Source of the DNA: Paracoccaceae bacterium
GTDB taxonomy: Bacteria; Pseudomonadota; Alphaproteobacteria; Rhodobacterales; Rhodobacteraceae
NCBI GenBank assembly: GCA_043561795.1
Contig: CP121316.1
Location: 754,061 to 818,060 of the forward strand
DNA length: 64,000 bases
Direction: 5' to 3'
The notes under the pieces are model-generated. The model was given only the letters and a program-made list of their open reading frames with translations, did no database searches and was not told where the DNA came from. The translations under genes and the position numbers were made by a program. Positions within the stretch are counted from its first letter, which is position 1. Each line of letters begins with the position of its first letter. Shown here one piece after another: positions 30,777 through 41,136 of the stretch.

Positions 30777-31912
30777 TCACGGCGTTTTTCAACTCCATCC
30801 CGGCCATGATCGTGCTGACAGGCTGCCTTGTCGGGGCCTCTGGCGCGGTGCTGGGCAGTTTTCTGGTGCTGCGCGGCAATTCCATGCTGACAGATGCCAT
30901 CAGTCATTCCATCGTATTCGGGATCATTGTTGTCTGGCTTTTGACAGCGCAGGTTTCCGGCCCGGTGCAAGTGATCGGCGCGGCGCTGACAGGGATATTG
31001 ACAGTGGCGCTGACAGAATTGCTTGCACGTTCCAGACTGGTGCGGATGGATGCCGCGATCGGGCTGGTTTTTCCGGCGCTGTTTGCCGCAGGGGTGCTGC
31101 TGATCTCGGTCTATGCGCGCGATGTGCATATAGATGTCGAAACCGTTCTGTTGGGAGAGATTGGCTTTGTCTGGCTGGATACATGGCCCGTTCTGGGCCA
31201 GCGCGTCCCGGTCGCGGTGGTCACGCTGGGGGTGATGCTGGTGCTCAATCTGGCCTTCGTGCTGGCCTTTTGGAAGGAATTGAAACTCGCCAGCTTCGAC
31301 CCCGGCCTTGCGGCTGCGCTGGGGTTTTTGCCGGGGGTGCTGCATTATGCGCTGCTGGGCCTGACCAGCATGACCGCCGTTGCGGCCTTTGATGCTGTGG
31401 GGGCTGTGCTGTTCATTGCCTTTGTCATCGTGCCGCCTGCCACGGCCTATCTGCTTACCCAGAGGCTCTGGGCCATGTTGGCGCTGGCGGTCATGCTGTC
31501 GGTTACGGCCTGTCTGGCAGGCTATGGGCTGGCCGTGCTTTGGGATGTCTCGATCGGGGGGATGATGGCCAGCATGACGGGGGTTTGGTTTGCACTGGCG
31601 TTTTTATTCGCGCCGGGCCGGGGGCTGGTGGCACAGGGGCTGGCCGCGCGGCGCGGGCGGCTGGATCACGATTGCCGCGCCTTGGTGGCGCATCTGTTCA
31701 CCCATCAGCACACCGAAAAGGCCGCAGAGGAAAACACCTTGGGCGCGCTGGTGGCGCATCTGCGCTGGCCAGAGCCACGCGCGCGCGCCGCCATATTGCG
31801 CGCGCTTGATCGCGACATGATCGAACGGCAAGGCGCGCTGCTAACCTTGCGTCCCAAAGGCAGCGCCGAGGCCGAGGCGATTTTCGGGCGCACCGAAATG
31901 TCGGTGCGCTAA
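30773..31912 (+). CDS. Metal ABC transporter permease (TroD-like) with C-terminal winged-helix-like extension
   Basis: MLTDAISHS, LLGEI, WKELKLASFD and IVPPATAYLLT motifs; ATGA overlap at 30773; soluble tail ending LTLRPKG. Confidence 0.88.
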   Translation: MITAFFNSIPAMIVLTGCLVGASGAVLGSFLVLRGNSMLTDAISHSIVFGIIVVWLLTAQVSGPVQVIGAALTGILTVALTELLARSRLVRMDAAIGLVFPALFAAGVLLISVYARDVHIDVETVLLGEIGFVWLDTWPVLGQRVPVAVVTLGVMLVLNLAFVLAFWKELKLASFDPGLAAALGFLPGVLHYALLGLTSMTAVAAFDAVGAVLFIAFVIVPPATAYLLTQRLWAMLALAVMLSVTACLAGYGLAVLWDVSIGGMMASMTGVWFALAFLFAPGRGLVAQGLAARRGRLDHDCRALVAHLFTHQHTEKAAEENTLGALVAHLRWPEPRARAAILRALDRDMIERQGALLTLRPKGSAEAEAIFGRTEMSVR

Positions 31913-31993
31913 GGGTATATGGCGAAACGCCGGGAAGCGGGAGATCACAATCTTCAGCAGGCTGGGACAGCCCCGCCGCTCTGCTGCGGCGCG

Positions 31994-32497
31994 CTATACG
32001 AATTCCAGCCGCGCAAGCGCCAGATCAACACGCATTTCGCGCCCGATGGCAACAAGCCCGATTCGCGACAGCCGCACGGGCTGAACAGGCAAATCCGTGC
32101 GGTGCGGGGTGAAATCCGAAAACGGCACAAAGATGTGCACCCAACGCGCAGGCACTTGCAATTGCGCGCGCCAGCTTTGCCAGACCCGCGGCATATCGGG
32201 GCTGCGCAGATGGATATTGTAGGGTGCATCATTGCCATGCAGCAGGAGTGACAGGCCCGCAAAGCGCGATGCATCCAGCACCTGCCCCTGTGGCGCCAGA
32301 TCAAGCGCCATTTGCACGAAACCGCCATTGTTTTCCAGACTGACAGCGCCTGTCAGATGCAGCGCTGGCTTGCCGTAATGCAGGCCGCGCGACAGCGCGC
32401 CCGTGCTCACACCGCCCATCACGGTATCGGCCACATAGCGCCAGTGCTGGCCATTGGCGGCCCGCAAACCGGGGCCGCCGCCATCTTCCAGAACCAT
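31994..32497 (-). CDS. CIA30-family (NDUFAF1-like, carbohydrate-binding-module fold) protein
   Basis: WRYVADTVMGGVS.G, VSLENNGGFVQM and W.HIFVPFSDF motifs; ATG 4 nt after the upstream stop. Confidence 0.85.
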   Translation of the reverse strand: MVLEDGGGPGLRAANGQHWRYVADTVMGGVSTGALSRGLHYGKPALHLTGAVSLENNGGFVQMALDLAPQGQVLDASRFAGLSLLLHGNDAPYNIHLRSPDMPRVWQSWRAQLQVPARWVHIFVPFSDFTPHRTDLPVQPVRLSRIGLVAIGREMRVDLALARLEFV

Positions 32498-32501
32498 GCT
32501 A

Positions 32502-33050
32502 TCAGGCTTGCGGGGTGGCGGGGCTGGCCTCTGCCAGTTTGCTGGCCTGTGCGATCCAGCCATCACGCGTGATCCGGCCTTTGAAGTTCAGGCTCTCATC
32601 GACCCATGCAATTTCAGCCTCGCCCCATTTGGCGATCTGCCAGAAATGATAAATCCCCAGGTCATTCAGCTTGCGCTCCAGCACCGGGCCAACGCCGGAA
32701 ATCTGTTTCAGATCATCCGCCGCCCCTTGGGGCGCGGCAAGGGCTGTGGGCTGGGTGCCCATCTCTGGCGCGGCAGGCGCAGGGCTAGGCGCAGGGCTAG
32801 GCGCAGCAGAGGCCACAGGCGCGGCGGCAGTCTTGGCATGGCCAGCAATGGGGGCTTTGGTTTGGGGGGGCGTTTCGGCAATGGTAAAGATCACCCCCAC
32901 CACCAGGGCGACAACCGCCCCAACAGCGACAGAGCCATTCCCCTCGATCCCGACAATCAGATAAGACACGGCCGCAGCAACTGCCCCCGCCGCTGCTGCA
33001 ATCGCCCATCCATAAAGCGGCGGCGCATTCTTCATTTCCGCATGTGGCAT
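32502..33050 (-). CDS. Membrane-anchored protein with NuoE-C-terminal-like helix-hairpin-helix domain
   Basis: Two N-terminal TM helices, an Ala/Pro linker, then ADDLKQISGVGPVLERKLNDLGIYHFWQIAKW...WVDESLNFKGRITRDGWIAQA. Confidence 0.8.
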   Translation of the reverse strand: MPHAEMKNAPPLYGWAIAAAAGAVAAAVSYLIVGIEGNGSVAVGAVVALVVGVIFTIAETPPQTKAPIAGHAKTAAAPVASAAPSPAPSPAPAAPEMGTQPTALAAPQGAADDLKQISGVGPVLERKLNDLGIYHFWQIAKWGEAEIAWVDESLNFKGRITRDGWIAQASKLAEASPATPQA

Positions 33051-33096
33051 TCCGAAAACTCCCTCTTTTCTAACCCGTTCTGGCGCAAAGGGCGCG

Positions 33097-35034
33097 TCAA
33101 ATAACTGTAATACGATTTGCACGTTTGGAAAGTGCTTCCACACCGAGCGCTTGTAGCGCCGCTGTGGCAATGTGATCTGCCGTCAGTTCGGCATCATGAT
33201 ACATCTGTTCCGGGCTGCCTTGGTCTATGAACCTGTCCGGCAATGTCAGGGTGCGAATGGCAAGCCCATGCTGCAACAGCCCCGCATTGGCCATGTAATG
33301 CAGCACATGCGCGCCAAAGCCCCCCTGCGCGCCCTGCTCTATGGTAATCAGCGCCGCATGGTGGCGGGCAAGCTGGGCAATCAGATCGGTATCCAGCGGC
33401 TTGGCAAAGCGGGCATCGGCAATGGTGCAGGTAATGCCGCGCGCCTCCAGCGCCTCGGCGGCGCGCATGACCTCTGGCAAATGCGCGCCGAAAGACAAGA
33501 GCGCCACGCTCTCGCCCTCTTTCAGCACCCGGCCCTTGCCGATTTCCAGCACCTGCCCGCGTGCTGGCAGATCGACGCCAGACCCTTCGCCGCGCGGATA
33601 GCGAAAGGCAATCGGGCCGGCATCATGCGCCGCCGCTGTGGCAACCATATGCACAAGCTCTGCCTCATCGCCTGCGGCCATCACCACCATACCGGGCAGA
33701 TTGGCCAGAAAGGCCACATCAAAACTGCCCGCATGTGTGGCCCCATCCGCCCCCACCAGCCCCGCGCGATCTATGGCAAAGCGCACAGGCAGGCCCTGAA
33801 GGGCGACATCATGCACAATCTGATCATAACCCCGTTGCAGGAAGGTGGAATAAATCGCGCAAAAGGGTTTCAGCCCACTGGCGGCCATGCCTGCGGCAAA
33901 GGTGACGGCATGTTGTTCGGCAATGCCCACATCAAACACCCGGCGGGGAAAGCGCTGGCCCATGATATCTATGCCTGTGCCATTGGGCATGGCCGCACTT
34001 ACCGCCACGATCATCGGGTCGCGCGCGGCCTCATCCGTCAGGGCGCGGCCAAAGACAGAGGTATAGCTGGGCGCATTCGCCCGCCCCTTGCTTTGCGCGC
34101 CAGAGGCCACATCAAATTTTGAAACGCCGTGATATTTGCAATCGGCGGCCTCTGCGGGCGCATAGCCCTTGCCCTTCACAGTGCGCACATGGATCAGCAC
34201 CGGTCCTTCGGCGCGGGCATGGGCCATGCGCAGCGTGGCCAGCAGATCGGGCATGGAATGGCCATCAATCGGGCCGATATAGGTAAAGCCCAGATGCTCG
34301 AACATTGTGGCATCTGGCGGGCCGCCACAGGCGCGGGCGCGTGCCGCAAGGGCCTGTTCGCGCAGGGAATGGGGCAATGCCGCCATAAACCCCTGGGCAA
34401 TCTCTGACAGGCTGGCATGGGGCATGTTCAGCCGGTTCAGATAGGTATTCATCGCCCCCACCGGGGGCGCAATGGACATGTCATTGTCATTGAGGATCAC
34501 AAACAGCCGCCGCCCTTCGGCGCCTGCATTGTTCAGCGCTTCATAAGCCATGCCCGCACTGATCGAGCCATCGCCGATCACGGCAATTGCATCACCTGTG
34601 GGCTGGCCCATATCGCGGCCAATGGTAAAGCCCAGCGCCGCCGATATGCTGGTGGAACTATGCGCCGCGCCAAAGGGATCGAACACCGATTCACTGCGCT
34701 TGGTAAAGCCCGACAGCCCACCGGCCTGCCGCAGGCTTGGCATATGCTCGCGCCGCCCTGTCAAAATTTTATGGGGGTAGCACTGGTGCGATACATCCCA
34801 GATCAGTTTGTCAAACGGCGTGCGGAACACGGCATGCAAGGCCACTGTCAGTTCCACCACGCCAAGCGATGATCCCAGATGCCCGCCGGTGCGGCTGACG
34901 GTTTCTATCGTTTCGGCGCGCAGTTCCTGGGCCAGCGCGTCCAGTTCCAGATCACTCAGATCCCGCAGATCGGCAGGGCCTGCCACGCGATCCAGATGGG
35001 GGGTTTTTGACGGGGTGGGCTGTGTCGGTTGCAT
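33097..35034 (-). CDS. dxs: 1-deoxy-D-xylulose-5-phosphate synthase
   Basis: [29 protein letters not shown]...EALNN and [11 protein letters not shown] motifs; lies downstream of pufX as in Rhodobacter PGCs. Confidence 0.97.
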   Translation of the reverse strand: MQPTQPTPSKTPHLDRVAGPADLRDLSDLELDALAQELRAETIETVSRTGGHLGSSLGVVELTVALHAVFRTPFDKLIWDVSHQCYPHKILTGRREHMPSLRQAGGLSGFTKRSESVFDPFGAAHSSTSISAALGFTIGRDMGQPTGDAIAVIGDGSISAGMAYEALNNAGAEGRRLFVILNDNDMSIAPPVGAMNTYLNRLNMPHASLSEIAQGFMAALPHSLREQALAARARACGGPPDATMFEHLGFTYIGPIDGHSMPDLLATLRMAHARAEGPVLIHVRTVKGKGYAPAEAADCKYHGVSKFDVASGAQSKGRANAPSYTSVFGRALTDEAARDPMIVAVSAAMPNGTGIDIMGQRFPRRVFDVGIAEQHAVTFAAGMAASGLKPFCAIYSTFLQRGYDQIVHDVALQGLPVRFAIDRAGLVGADGATHAGSFDVAFLANLPGMVVMAAGDEAELVHMVATAAAHDAGPIAFRYPRGEGSGVDLPARGQVLEIGKGRVLKEGESVALLSFGAHLPEVMRAAEALEARGITCTIADARFAKPLDTDLIAQLARHHAALITIEQGAQGGFGAHVLHYMANAGLLQHGLAIRTLTLPDRFIDQGSPEQMYHDAELTADHIATAALQALGVEALSKRANRITVI

Positions 35035-35038
35035 GGGC

Positions 35039-35228
35039 GTTCCCTTTCATTTTTTGATTTTGAACTGGCGCCCAAACGCAAAAAGGGTGCCGTGGGGCAG
35101 GCCCGCACGGCACCAGTTTCCTGTCGCCAACAGGAAAGGGAACCGGGCGTCACAAGCCCGCGTCCGAACCGGCTATATGGTTCGAACCCTTTTGGGGGCA
35201 GGCCGGCGGCAAAGCCGCCCTGCGCCCC
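35039..35228 (-). promoter_or_regulatory. Structured pufX-dxs intergenic leader with five hairpins, including a probable puf terminator (35080-35114)
   Basis: Minus strand GGTGCCGTG/CACGGCACC stem plus CTTTTT. Further stems at 35117-35137, 35144-35160, 35165-35184 and 35195-35228. 10-bp inverted repeat 35039-35048/35134-35143. Confidence 0.7.
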
Positions 35229-35236
35229 GATCCGTG

Positions 35237-35467
35237 TTACACTGTCGCCCAATCCAAAGGCGCTTCCAGCGCGCTATAGGGCATGGGCGGCGGTGCATTC
35301 TTGCTGTCGCTGGGCAGCATTTGCCCAACGCCCCAGATAATGGCGTAGAAGATGCCAATCGCCAGAAGGAACAAGGCCGCATATCCTGCACCGCGCAACA
35401 TCTCGGAGAGCACCCAGTTGCGCAGGCGCGCGGTGGGGCTTTCCTGGATATAGTCGTGTTCAACCAT
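35237..35467 (-). CDS. pufX: RC-LH1 core complex protein PufX
   Basis: 76 aa directly after pufM; single TM helix; EMLRGAGYAA and G..LP..SKNAP.P features. Confidence 0.8.
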   Translation of the reverse strand: MVEHDYIQESPTARLRNWVLSEMLRGAGYAALFLLAIGIFYAIIWGVGQMLPSDSKNAPPPMPYSALEAPLDWATV

Positions 35468-35480
35468 GGTCAGTCACTCC

Positions 35481-36407
35481 TTAATCATAGGTGGGACGGA
35501 AGCCGCGTTCCTCGGCCCAGATAGCCCAGTTATCGACCACAGTTCCTGTCAGCAGGATACCGATACCGCCTGTCAGCGTGGTGAGCACAGCAAACCACCA
35601 GGCCCAACGGTGAATCCCTTCCATTGTGGCATTGAAGCCCATCGTCCAGCGCCAGAACAAGGCGGCGCGTTCGGATGCCGTGCCCCGATCCACGATCTGT
35701 TCCAATTCACGGTCGCCACCGAAGCGCGAGACCGCCAGAATCGTGGCCCCATGCATGGCAAACAGCAAAGCAGAGCCATAGAGGAACACGATAGAGAGCG
35801 CATGGAACGGGTTGTAGAACAGGTTGCCATAACGCAGCGAGAACAGATTCGTCCAATCCAGATGGGTGAAGATGCCATAAGGCACAGCCTCTGACCACGA
35901 CCCCATCAAAACAGGACGGAACAGCCCCAGAACCAGAAACAGCCAGATGGCAGAAGCAAAAGCCCAGGCCACATGTTTGCCCATGCCCAGCGCTTCGGCG
36001 CGCAGATAGGTGCGTACCCACCATGTCATGACCGAAATCAGCAAGAAGAAAGAGGCAATCAGGAAATAGCCGCCCTCTCTCATGGGGGGGATGCCCAGAC
36101 CGTATTCAGGGCTTGGCGGATCCAGCGACAGCCAGAACAGATCACGCAGGAACACGGCCGGGTTATACCCTGCCTGATCCCAGAACCACAAACCCACCAT
36201 CACAAACCAGATCGCACCTGTGGCCAGCGAGATCACGCCCATGGTGCCAAGATAGATTGGCCCAAGCTGCGCATTGCCAAACCAGCCCAGCAGGTTGGAG
36301 AAGCTTGCAGATTTGGTGCGGTTGCCCAGCTCTACGCCTTCAACCAAGCCCATTTCCGGGGCGGCGCGCACCTGCACCTGTGTAAAGATATTCTGATACT
36401 CAGCCAT
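35481..36407 (-). CDS. pufM: Reaction centre M subunit
   Basis: [43 protein letters not shown] and EGIHRW motifs. Confidence 0.98.
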   Translation of the reverse strand: MAEYQNIFTQVQVRAAPEMGLVEGVELGNRTKSASFSNLLGWFGNAQLGPIYLGTMGVISLATGAIWFVMVGLWFWDQAGYNPAVFLRDLFWLSLDPPSPEYGLGIPPMREGGYFLIASFFLLISVMTWWVRTYLRAEALGMGKHVAWAFASAIWLFLVLGLFRPVLMGSWSEAVPYGIFTHLDWTNLFSLRYGNLFYNPFHALSIVFLYGSALLFAMHGATILAVSRFGGDRELEQIVDRGTASERAALFWRWTMGFNATMEGIHRWAWWFAVLTTLTGGIGILLTGTVVDNWAIWAEERGFRPTYD

Positions 36408-37251
36408 TGACGCCTCCTGCGATATCGCGCCACCAGGGCAGATCAAGCCACCAATCCCACCAGAAAACCCACTGGTCGAACCAGATCGTGCCCGAAATCA
36501 CGATACAGACAGCCGACCAGAAACCCGCATTCAGCGCCAGAAGAAGGCCCAGACGGTGAATGCCAAGTGTGCCCACCGAATAGCCGATCAAATCGCGGAA
36601 GAAGGTATCTTCATGGTCGGGCGTTTTCATCGTATCGCCCTTTTTTGCGGGGTTGGCCGCCGACAGAACCAGCGCGCCATGCAATGCCAGGGCAAGTGTT
36701 GTGGTGAAGAAGAAGGTCACCGCGATCATATGCGCAGGGTTGTAGTGGAAATTGCCATAGGTATAGCCAACATTGGACACCCAATCGAGATGCGTCCAGA
36801 TGCCATAGGGGAAGGCATGCCCCCATGCGCCCATCAGCACGGGCCGGATAACAACCAGTGTGACATAGGCAAAAATTGCCACGCCAAAGGCGAATGGCAC
36901 ATGCAGACCCATGCCCAGCTTGCGCGCGATTTCAACTTCGCGCAGCGCCCAGGACACGAAAGCGCCAATGGCGCAGATGGTCACAATCTGCCACAACCCG
37001 CCTTCAAGCAGCGGTGCAGGCCCCAACCCATAGGACAGGGGTGGTGGATTGATGGAAATCAGCCAAGGGTTCCAGGTGCCTTGCAGCACTGCCCCCCAGA
37101 AGATCAAAAGCGTTCCGAGGACGGCGAAGAAAATCGTCGTTACCCCGAAGAAACCGACGTAGAACGGCCCAACCCAAAAGTCGAACAGATTCCCGCCGAC
37201 CAGCGTGCCGCCCGGCACGCGGTATTTTCGTTCGAAGCTGAGCAGTGCCAT
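36400..37251 (-). CDS. pufL: Reaction centre L subunit
   Basis: [44 protein letters not shown] and GIHRLG motifs. Confidence 0.98.
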   Translation of the reverse strand: MALLSFERKYRVPGGTLVGGNLFDFWVGPFYVGFFGVTTIFFAVLGTLLIFWGAVLQGTWNPWLISINPPPLSYGLGPAPLLEGGLWQIVTICAIGAFVSWALREVEIARKLGMGLHVPFAFGVAIFAYVTLVVIRPVLMGAWGHAFPYGIWTHLDWVSNVGYTYGNFHYNPAHMIAVTFFFTTTLALALHGALVLSAANPAKKGDTMKTPDHEDTFFRDLIGYSVGTLGIHRLGLLLALNAGFWSAVCIVISGTIWFDQWVFWWDWWLDLPWWRDIAGGVNG

Positions 37252-37327
37252 GCTTCCCTCTCCACATTATGGCGCACAGGCCCAGAATTCAGGCCTGCCG
37301 CGATGGGAAAATCCCGTCTCTGAAATC

Positions 37328-37362
37328 GTCGCGGGCGACATGCAAACGCCACCGCCCGCGAC
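37328..37362 (-). promoter_or_regulatory. pufA-pufL intercistronic stem-loop (probable mRNA decay barrier)
   Basis: GTCGCGGGCG/CGCCCGCGAC 10-bp perfect stem, at the position of the known pufBA 3' hairpin in Rhodobacter. Confidence 0.7.
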
Positions 37363-37383
37363 ATTTTGGGGCCTCGGCCCTGC

Positions 37384-37545
37384 TCAGTTGCCCGCAGCGC
37401 GTGCAGCCGCAGCAGCGAACCAGTTGATGCCGTTGGACAGCACCACCAGGTGAATCATCGCTGCAAGCAGGAAGAGGAAGACACCCTGAGCCACGAATAC
37501 GCGGCGGGGGTCGAAGATGAGCCATATCTTGTAGAATTTGGACAT
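37384..37545 (-). CDS. pufA: LH1 alpha polypeptide
   Basis: [39 protein letters not shown]. Confidence 0.96.
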   Translation of the reverse strand: MSKFYKIWLIFDPRRVFVAQGVFLFLLAAMIHLVVLSNGINWFAAAAARAAGN

Positions 37546-37558
37546 TTCTTTTCCTTCC

Positions 37559-37708
37559 TCAGAACCAAGGACGCCAGATATAGGTTGCGATATGCGCAAC
37601 CACTGCAACGCCTACAAAAAGCGTCAGACCGCTCATGTAGACCGAGTGCAGTTCCTGGGCCTGCTCATCAGTAAGACCTGTGAAAGACAGATCAGTATTT
37701 TCAGCCAT
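37559..37708 (-). CDS. pufB: LH1 beta polypeptide
   Basis: [14 protein letters not shown]...[13 protein letters not shown]; GGAGGA RBS. Confidence 0.97.
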   Translation of the reverse strand: MAENTDLSFTGLTDEQAQELHSVYMSGLTLFVGVAVVAHIATYIWRPWF

Positions 37709-37826
37709 AGTATCCTCCGGATCATAAGACTGACGCCGCACACCCTGCGGCCGGGAAGATGTCACCTTGTCACGGGCGGCACCGCTCCCGCAGACCCTGG
37801 CCTACGGGAATTCTGTTGCGCAGCGT

Positions 37827-38048
37827 TCAGCTGCGGAAAATGATGGGCGCGATCACGCTGGCATCTTTCAGCGCGCGGCCCACAGGGCCAAGGCGCGGCA
37901 AGCGGCCCGTTGTCACAACACGCCAGGACCAGGTCAGAACCCCGGTGGCCAGCGCCAGAAGAAAGATCACGCTGAAGTAAAGCTTGTATTCCCAGGCGCG
38001 TGCCCGCTCGGCGCGGGGGCGGGGGGCATTGACGGTATAGTCAGCCAT
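37827..38048 (-). CDS. pufQ: PufQ (bacteriochlorophyll synthesis regulator)
   Basis: 73 aa between bchZ and pufB; EYKLYFSVIF and C-terminal A..IAPIIF features. Confidence 0.8.
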   Translation of the reverse strand: MADYTVNAPRPRAERARAWEYKLYFSVIFLLALATGVLTWSWRVVTTGRLPRLGPVGRALKDASVIAPIIFRS

Positions 38049-38071
38049 TTTGCAGTCCTCCTATCTCTCAT

Positions 38072-39532
38072 TCAGGCGCGGGCCAGACCGGGGCGCAATG
38101 CCTCGACCAGATCGCTGTCAACTTCATCGGCCCCGCGTTCCAGCGCGGCCTTCTCCACTGCATCGCGCAGAGTGCGCGCGGCAGAAATTCGGGTTAGAAT
38201 CGGGTGCTCGGCCACAATCCGGTCAAGCTCTGCCTTGGCCGCTTCCGACCATGGCAAATCGCGTTTCAGATGCGCGGGCGTGGCCTCTGCGGCATCCATC
38301 TGGCTGCCAAGCGGCAGGATATGGAACAGCGCATCAAACAGGCCATTGCACACTTCTTGCAGCACATAGGTTGCACCGGCATAGCCCATCATCGGCGTGC
38401 CAGTATGACGCCTTATGGCCGCACCGGGAAAGCTGGCGGGAATGAAGGCAGGCGCGGGGCCGTGCCCGGCCTTCAATTCGGCCAGATACATCTTTTCATT
38501 GATAGACCCGAACACGATCAGGGGCCGCTTTTCGCCCATCAGGGCGCGCACCCGGTCATTATCGGTTTTTGCACCGCCCACACGCGCCACAGCAAAGGCA
38601 CAGGGCATGCCCAGATCATTTTCCAGATAGTTGCGCAAACCGCGCGCATAGGTTTCATTCGCCACCACGGCAAAACTGGCCGTGGCGTAGAAATCCTGCG
38701 TGACAGAGCGCCACAAATCCCACATGGGTTTCAGCGTCGAATGCTTCTCGCGCGCGATGAAGGGTTCAGGATCAAGCCCCAGCAAGTCGCCAAGGCGGCG
38801 CAGAAACAGCGTTGTGCTTTCCATGCCAATGGGCGCTTGCAGATAGGGCTTGCCCAAAACCTCGGCCAAGCCGCGCCCGAATTCGCGATACATCACGATA
38901 TTAACATCGGCATTCACCAGATTGCGCATTTCGGCCAGATGCGCGCCCAGCGGCATGACCATATTCACCTCTGCGCCGATCCCTTCCACCAGACGGCGGA
39001 TTTCGGCCAGATCAGAGGGCATGTTGAACACGCCATACATTGGCCCAAGGATATTGACGCGCGGGCGCGCGCCCTCTTCGCGCTTCTTCTCTGGCGGCAT
39101 ACGGCCCTTGGTCTGGCCAAATTCCGTGAAGATCCAGGTCATCGCGCGGTCGGCGCATTGCCATTGATCCTCATCAATGGTGCGCGGCAAAAAGCGCTGA
39201 ATATTCGTGCCCATGGGCGTCACGCCCCCGCCGATCATCTCGGCGATAGAACCTGTCACCACCACGGCAGGAAGCGCAGGATCAAGCACTTTCCACGCGC
39301 GTTTCATCGCGCCCTCAGTGCCATCGCGGCCCAGTTCTTCTTCGCCCAGGCCGGTCACGACAATGGGCAATTCATGCGGGGGCAGCGCGTCTGTATAATG
39401 CAAGACAGATGTGACAGGCAGGTTTTCACAGCCCACAGGGCCATCAATCACCACTTGCAACCCTTTGACGGCGCAGAAGGCATAAACCGCCCCCCAATAT
39501 CCGCCCGCACGATCATGATCTTGCACAAGCAT
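38072..39532 (-). CDS. bchZ: Chlorophyllide a reductase subunit Z
   Basis: [21 protein letters not shown] and [19 protein letters not shown] motifs; C-terminal PCP_red-like domain. Confidence 0.97.
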   Translation of the reverse strand: MLVQDHDRAGGYWGAVYAFCAVKGLQVVIDGPVGCENLPVTSVLHYTDALPPHELPIVVTGLGEEELGRDGTEGAMKRAWKVLDPALPAVVVTGSIAEMIGGGVTPMGTNIQRFLPRTIDEDQWQCADRAMTWIFTEFGQTKGRMPPEKKREEGARPRVNILGPMYGVFNMPSDLAEIRRLVEGIGAEVNMVMPLGAHLAEMRNLVNADVNIVMYREFGRGLAEVLGKPYLQAPIGMESTTLFLRRLGDLLGLDPEPFIAREKHSTLKPMWDLWRSVTQDFYATASFAVVANETYARGLRNYLENDLGMPCAFAVARVGGAKTDNDRVRALMGEKRPLIVFGSINEKMYLAELKAGHGPAPAFIPASFPGAAIRRHTGTPMMGYAGATYVLQEVCNGLFDALFHILPLGSQMDAAEATPAHLKRDLPWSEAAKAELDRIVAEHPILTRISAARTLRDAVEKAALERGADEVDSDLVEALRPGLARA

Positions 39533-41136
39533 CAGATCATCTCCTGCGCTTTGGCGGCTTTGGCCGCTTTATCCAGCTTCTTCTGGTGCTGTTCGCGGAA
39601 ATCGGGGCGCAGATTGGGGCTGCCCTCCCAGATGCCTGCGGTATCGCCTTCGCCCACGCCCTCGAAGAAATCGCGCATCTTGTCCATGCGGGCCTTGCCA
39701 GCAATAGCGGCATTCACCACCTCGCCCAGGCTGCCCGCACCGGCAGGCCCCATCAGGGGGCGCGCGGAAATCAGATTGGTGAAGTACAGCGCCGGTGTGC
39801 CCCTTTGCTTGGCATGTTGCACAACAGGCGTTGTTCCGATCACCAGATCAGGGTCAAGCCCATCGGCTGCCGCCAGATCATCGGCCAGCGAGGCGCGGAA
39901 TTTCACCACCACGCCGCGCGCTTCCAGCCAGTCCCGATCTGCGGCAGACCAGCGCGAGGCCGCGCAAGCCGTGCCCACATAGGCCACATCCGCGCCACTT
40001 TCGATCAAAAGCCGCGCGACCAGCAATTCCGAACCTTCATAACCCGACAACGTAATCCGCCCGGTAATGGGTGCTTTCGCCAAGGCCCCGCGCACTGCAG
40101 GCACAAAGGCATTTTGGGCCGCTGCAATCTGGGCCGGGGCCACATTGAAGGCCGCGCCAATCGCGGCCAGCCAATCATGCGTACCCTCTACCCCCACAGG
40201 GGCAGAGCCGATAACGGGGCGGCCCGCCGCCTCGAACTCGCGCACGGCGGCGGCATAGAAGGGATGAATGGCCGCCACTGCGCCACAATCCAGCGCGGCA
40301 TACAGCTCGCGCCATTCGCGGCAGGGCACAACCGGGCCAGCCGCCAGCCCCATAGGCGCCAGCATGGCACCAATCATCATGGGATCGGCTGGAAACATCT
40401 CTCCCAACAGCGCCACGCTGGGGCGGTCAGAACGGCCAGCAACCGGCGCAGGCACAGGCCCGGCCATAATTTCCTGACGGGCATAATTCAGCATCGCGCC
40501 TGCCAGCACATCCTTGGCCTCGGCATGGGTGGGAATGCCGAAACCGGGCACATCAATTCCGATAATCCGCACCCCGTTTATCGCCTTGGGCAAAAGCCGC
40601 AGTGGCACGCCAGAGGCCGTGGGCACGCAAAGATTGGTCACCACAATGGCATCATACCGCGCAGGATCGGCCAGTTCATGCACACCGTCGCGGATATCTT
40701 CAAACAGCTTGCCCGTGACCAGCGTTTCAGAATTGAACGGCACATAGCCGACAGAGCGCCGCGCACCGTAGAAATGCGACACGAATGTCAGCCCATAGAC
40801 GCAGCAGGCAGAGCCGCTGAGAACAGTTGCCACACGCCGCATCCGCAAACCCACGCGCAAAGACCCGAAGGCGGGGCACATGGATTCGGGCTTGTCATGC
40901 GGGCCGCGCGGATAATCCTTGGCGAATTGATCCAGAATTTCGCCATTTCCGGCGGCGCGGGCGGCGGCTTCCATCTTCTCGGCGGGGGCATGGCAGCCCA
41001 TGCCATCGGCCTGCACGCCCTCTGGCACGTCCGAAGGGGCGCGTTCGATCACCTTTTCAACAGGCGTATCGGCGGCACTGTCATAGCCCACCTCTCCGCC
41101 TGTGCTGATCTCTGCGAAATCTTCAGGCATCGTCAT
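39532..41136 (-). CDS. bchY: Chlorophyllide a reductase subunit Y
   Basis: [25 protein letters not shown] and [10 protein letters not shown] motifs; start at 41136 or 41130. Confidence 0.96.
   Translation of the reverse strand: MTMPEDFAEISTGGEVGYDSAADTPVEKVIERAPSDVPEGVQADGMGCHAPAEKMEAAARAAGNGEILDQFAKDYPRGPHDKPESMCPAFGSLRVGLRMRRVATVLSGSACCVYGLTFVSHFYGARRSVGYVPFNSETLVTGKLFEDIRDGVHELADPARYDAIVVTNLCVPTASGVPLRLLPKAINGVRIIGIDVPGFGIPTHAEAKDVLAGAMLNYARQEIMAGPVPAPVAGRSDRPSVALLGEMFPADPMMIGAMLAPMGLAAGPVVPCREWRELYAALDCGAVAAIHPFYAAAVREFEAAGRPVIGSAPVGVEGTHDWLAAIGAAFNVAPAQIAAAQNAFVPAVRGALAKAPITGRITLSGYEGSELLVARLLIESGADVAYVGTACAASRWSAADRDWLEARGVVVKFRASLADDLAAADGLDPDLVIGTTPVVQHAKQRGTPALYFTNLISARPLMGPAGAGSLGEVVNAAIAGKARMDKMRDFFEGVGEGDTAGIWEGSPNLRPDFREQHQKKLDKAAKAAKAQEMI

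Noticed and set aside
35039-35228. TPP riboswitch upstream of dxs (a TPP-dependent enzyme)
   Set aside because: The hallmark CUGAGA and ACCUGA...AGGGA aptamer motifs are absent.
35237-35480. pufC (RC-bound tetraheme cytochrome)
   Set aside because: The gene after pufM is a 76-aa single-TM PufX-like protein with no CxxCH motifs.
37709-37826. pufK-like small ORF between pufQ and pufB
   Set aside because: No separate short ORF with an RBS was seen; the upstream GTG 37765 simply extends the pufB frame without support.
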